This document shows positions 53,385 to 55,517 of a stretch of 55,517 nucleotides of DNA, one piece after another (position 1 is the first letter of the stretch; each line of letters opens with the position of its first letter). The position numbers and the translations under genes are program-made. The stretch lies in the NCBI GenBank assembly GCA_964347035.1, contig CAYFXE010000006.1:30096-85612 (forward strand), in the 5' to 3' direction. Source of the stretch: an uncultured Eubacteriales bacterium. GTDB lineage: Bacteria > Acidobacteriota > Aminicenantia > Aminicenantales > Aminicenantaceae. The notes under the pieces were generated by a model that did no database searches, was not told the DNA's origin, and saw nothing but the letters and a program-made list of their open reading frames with translations.

Positions 53385-55088
53385 TCACTTTTTTTTGGTC
53401 TTGATTTTTGCCACATTGGAGTAGGCTGAATAGCCGCTTGTGTTGTAAGCGCAAACACGATATCTGTACAGCTTGTCTGCTTCTAATCCTTTGTCTGTGT
53501 ATCGTCTTCTATTAACTTTTGTCACTCTTATTTCTTCCCATCTTCCCTTGTTCCCCTTCTTTCTCTCAATCATAAATCCTTCCTCAACGGGGGAATTATC
53601 TCTCCACTTAAGCTTGACTTTGTTCCAAGATATCGCCTTAGCTTCCAGTTCCGTGGGAGCATCTGGTATAGACATGCAAAGCAAGCGTGTTGTTGCTTCG
53701 GACTCTCGAGGTGTATCATTTGTACTCTGTGGTGTAACATCCGTTGTCTTAGGAGTTATATCTGTATCCAAAGGAAAAACATTCGTATCCGTAATGACTG
53801 CATTTGAACTTCCTATTATTTCACAGAAGGGATAAATATTCCCATCGTCAGAAAGCTTTAACATCCAGAGATCATGCCCCATAGAACGACCAGATGTCGT
53901 GTTCCCTGCAGCAATATATCTTCCGTCTGATGTCTCTCGAATTTCAGCTACATAATCATCAATATTTCCTCCATAGGTGCGCTGCCACTCTATATCCCCA
54001 TTCGAGTCAAGCTTTAAGACCCACCCGTCTGTCAATCCTGCACCATAGGAATTAGTATAGCCTTGGACAATATATCCTCCATCACTAGTCTCTCGAATTC
54101 GACCACTCCAATCATCAGAGGTTCCTCCATAGGTGCGCTGCCACTCTATATCCCCGATTGAGGTAAGCTTTAAAATCCAGATATCACCATCAGCAGACCA
54201 ACGTTCACCTCCGACAATATACCCACCATCTCTGGTCTTATCAAATCTACGAGATGGAAATTCACCTTCGCTTCCTCCATAAGTCCGCTGCCACTCAATA
54301 TCTCCTTTAGAATTAAGCTTTAGAATCCAGAAATCATAATTTTCCGCTCCCCCAAAGGAATCAGTGTAGGCTGTGACAATATACCCCCCATCATCCGCAG
54401 CCAGGATGGAATGAGCACGATCGCTTTCACTTCCACCATAAGTTTTTTGCCATTCAATATCCCCAGATGCGGTAAGCTTTAAAATCCAGCAATCTGCATC
54501 TCCCTCACCAAAAGAAAATGTAGCTCCGGCAACAATATACCCTCCATCCTCAGTTTGCTGAATAGAGTAAGGAAAGTCCATATCAGGGCCACCATAAGCG
54601 TATTGCCATTCAATATCCCCGTTGGAGGTGAGTTTTAAAATCCAGTAATCATGCTCGCCGATAGGGGAGCTAAATGATCTTGTGTAACCGGCAACAATAT
54701 ACCCTCCATCCCGGGTCTCCTGCATACCTCCATAAGGTGAATCCGCCCAGAGACCTCCATAAGTCTTCTGCCAGATAATATTCCCATCTGGAGAAAGGTC
54801 TAAAATCCATATATCTCCACATCCTAAATCATATGGAGGCCCACCACATTCATCAAATGAGCTAGTAGAACCGAAGAGAATATATCCGTTACTATTCTTT
54901 TTTTCTATCACCTGCCCCCACCAATCATCACTCCAGCCTCCGTAAGTTCTTACCCATTGGACATTACTAGAAGTTGATGATGGAGGATAATATGCGATTT
55001 CTTCATCAATTTGTTTCTGTTGAACCTCGAATGGCGAAACCAAAACAAAGATGATAAACAAAAATGTGCATGATGCAATTTTTTTCAT
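53385..55088 (-). CDS. Secreted beta-propeller-like repeat protein with a C-terminal fibronectin type III domain
   Basis: It has a signal peptide. About 7-8 repeats of roughly 52-56 aa carry 'W(I/V)LKL...GDIEWQ(K/R)TYGG....DGGYIV.G'. The C-terminus 'PTELEAKAISWNKVKLKWRDNS...YRYRVCAYNTSGYSAYSN' is FN3-like. Confidence 0.8.
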   Translation of the reverse strand: MKKIASCTFLFIIFVLVSPFEVQQKQIDEEIAYYPPSSTSSNVQWVRTYGGWSDDWWGQVIEKKNSNGYILFGSTSSFDECGGPPYDLGCGDIWILDLSPDGNIIWQKTYGGLWADSPYGGMQETRDGGYIVAGYTRSFSSPIGEHDYWILKLTSNGDIEWQYAYGGPDMDFPYSIQQTEDGGYIVAGATFSFGEGDADCWILKLTASGDIEWQKTYGGSESDRAHSILAADDGGYIVTAYTDSFGGAENYDFWILKLNSKGDIEWQRTYGGSEGEFPSRRFDKTRDGGYIVGGERWSADGDIWILKLTSIGDIEWQRTYGGTSDDWSGRIRETSDGGYIVQGYTNSYGAGLTDGWVLKLDSNGDIEWQRTYGGNIDDYVAEIRETSDGRYIAAGNTTSGRSMGHDLWMLKLSDDGNIYPFCEIIGSSNAVITDTNVFPLDTDITPKTTDVTPQSTNDTPRESEATTRLLCMSIPDAPTELEAKAISWNKVKLKWRDNSPVEEGFMIERKKGNKGRWEEIRVTKVNRRRYTDKGLEADKLYRYRVCAYNTSGYSAYSNVAKIKTKKK

Positions 55089-55244
55089 AACTCCCCCTCT
55101 GGCTTAAGTATCACATTCTGAATTTAACTCCAATATACAAATCTGTCAAATGCAGAAAGCCTAAAAAATGTGTCCATTTGATTTTAAAATTGTGTGAAAT
55201 AATCAGTTGTGTGAAGGTTTGCCTTTGGTTTTTTCAACCCGGGT

Positions 55245-55511
55245 TCATCGAGTTATAAACTTAAATCTGGTTGCCCCACCAAGAGCCTCACGATATTCAG
55301 AGTCGATATACGACTTGCCCTTGCCAGATTTTCCTTTCCACTTTTCGATGCCTCGATAATAAGTCTCTTTAAAAACGATGTATCTACCTGATGCTCCAAT
55401 TTTGCTGGGTGGGCAATCTCCTCCTTCGATATATGGGCCGCATTGGTCTACAGTTATAATCCAATCATTTTCTCCTGACTGTTTCGTTTCAGCTAAATTT
55501 GGACCATTCAT
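55245..55511 (-). CDS. Small hypothetical protein (88 aa)
   Basis: The ORF has an ATG 6 nt from the window edge, so the upstream context is not visible. No motif recognised. Confidence 0.4.
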   Translation of the reverse strand: MNGPNLAETKQSGENDWIITVDQCGPYIEGGDCPPSKIGASGRYIVFKETYYRGIEKWKGKSGKGKSYIDSEYREALGGATRFKFITR

Positions 55512-55517
55512 GATATT

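Noticed and set aside
1-55517. tRNA, rRNA, tmRNA, CRISPR, integron attC, retron/DGR (reverse transcriptase) and toxin-antitoxin pairs
   Set aside because: I read through all intergenic gaps over 100 bp and the ORF translations. I found no cloverleaf-compatible sequences and no rRNA-like stretches. There are no repeat-spacer arrays, no RT or integrase other than the IS transposase, and no small adjacent gene pairs of TA type.

Overview
This 55.5 kb chromosomal window (about 45% GC) comes from a diderm bacterium: it has two TonB-dependent receptors, a TonB_C protein, outer-membrane barrel proteins, and Tat and lipoprotein signals. The domain repertoire resembles Acidobacteria or Aminicenantes-like uncultured lineages, but that is inference only.

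I support about 50 protein-coding genes. I found no rRNA, tRNA or CRISPR array.

Main themes:
- Three separate ECF sigma / anti-sigma modules, each followed by a different extracytoplasmic cargo: two HEAT-repeat proteins (50-3990), a secreted caspase with a caspase-less paralogue and a GIN-domain lipoprotein (32658-27922, minus strand), and a TonB_C protein (48777-50708).
- Four beta-lactamase-fold serine hydrolases, three of them fused to TPR tails.
- A peptidase and TPR block: M1 peptidase, S9 prolyl oligopeptidase and PrsW.
- One 1.35 kb IS element with a frameshifted rve-type transposase.

Observations the ORF track does not explain:
- Three in-frame TAA codons interrupt two otherwise intact genes, a SAM methyltransferase (27198 and 27444) and a beta-propeller gene (39464).
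- A HEAT-repeat gene is split by a frameshift.
- An 85-89 nt hairpin element occurs twice in opposite orientation, with a compensatory stem change.
- A REP-like family of heptamer-array hairpins sits directly 3' of three minus-strand genes.
- An orphan consensus sigma-70 promoter could drive a roughly 130 nt candidate sRNA between convergent genes.
- A TonB-dependent receptor is tightly coupled to a DMT permease with an extreme His-rich tail.
- One ATP-grasp-like ORF appears circularly permuted.

My top candidate for an undescribed system is the ECF-caspase operon. All functional calls rest on motifs I read in the translations and on family knowledge from memory. No database search was run.
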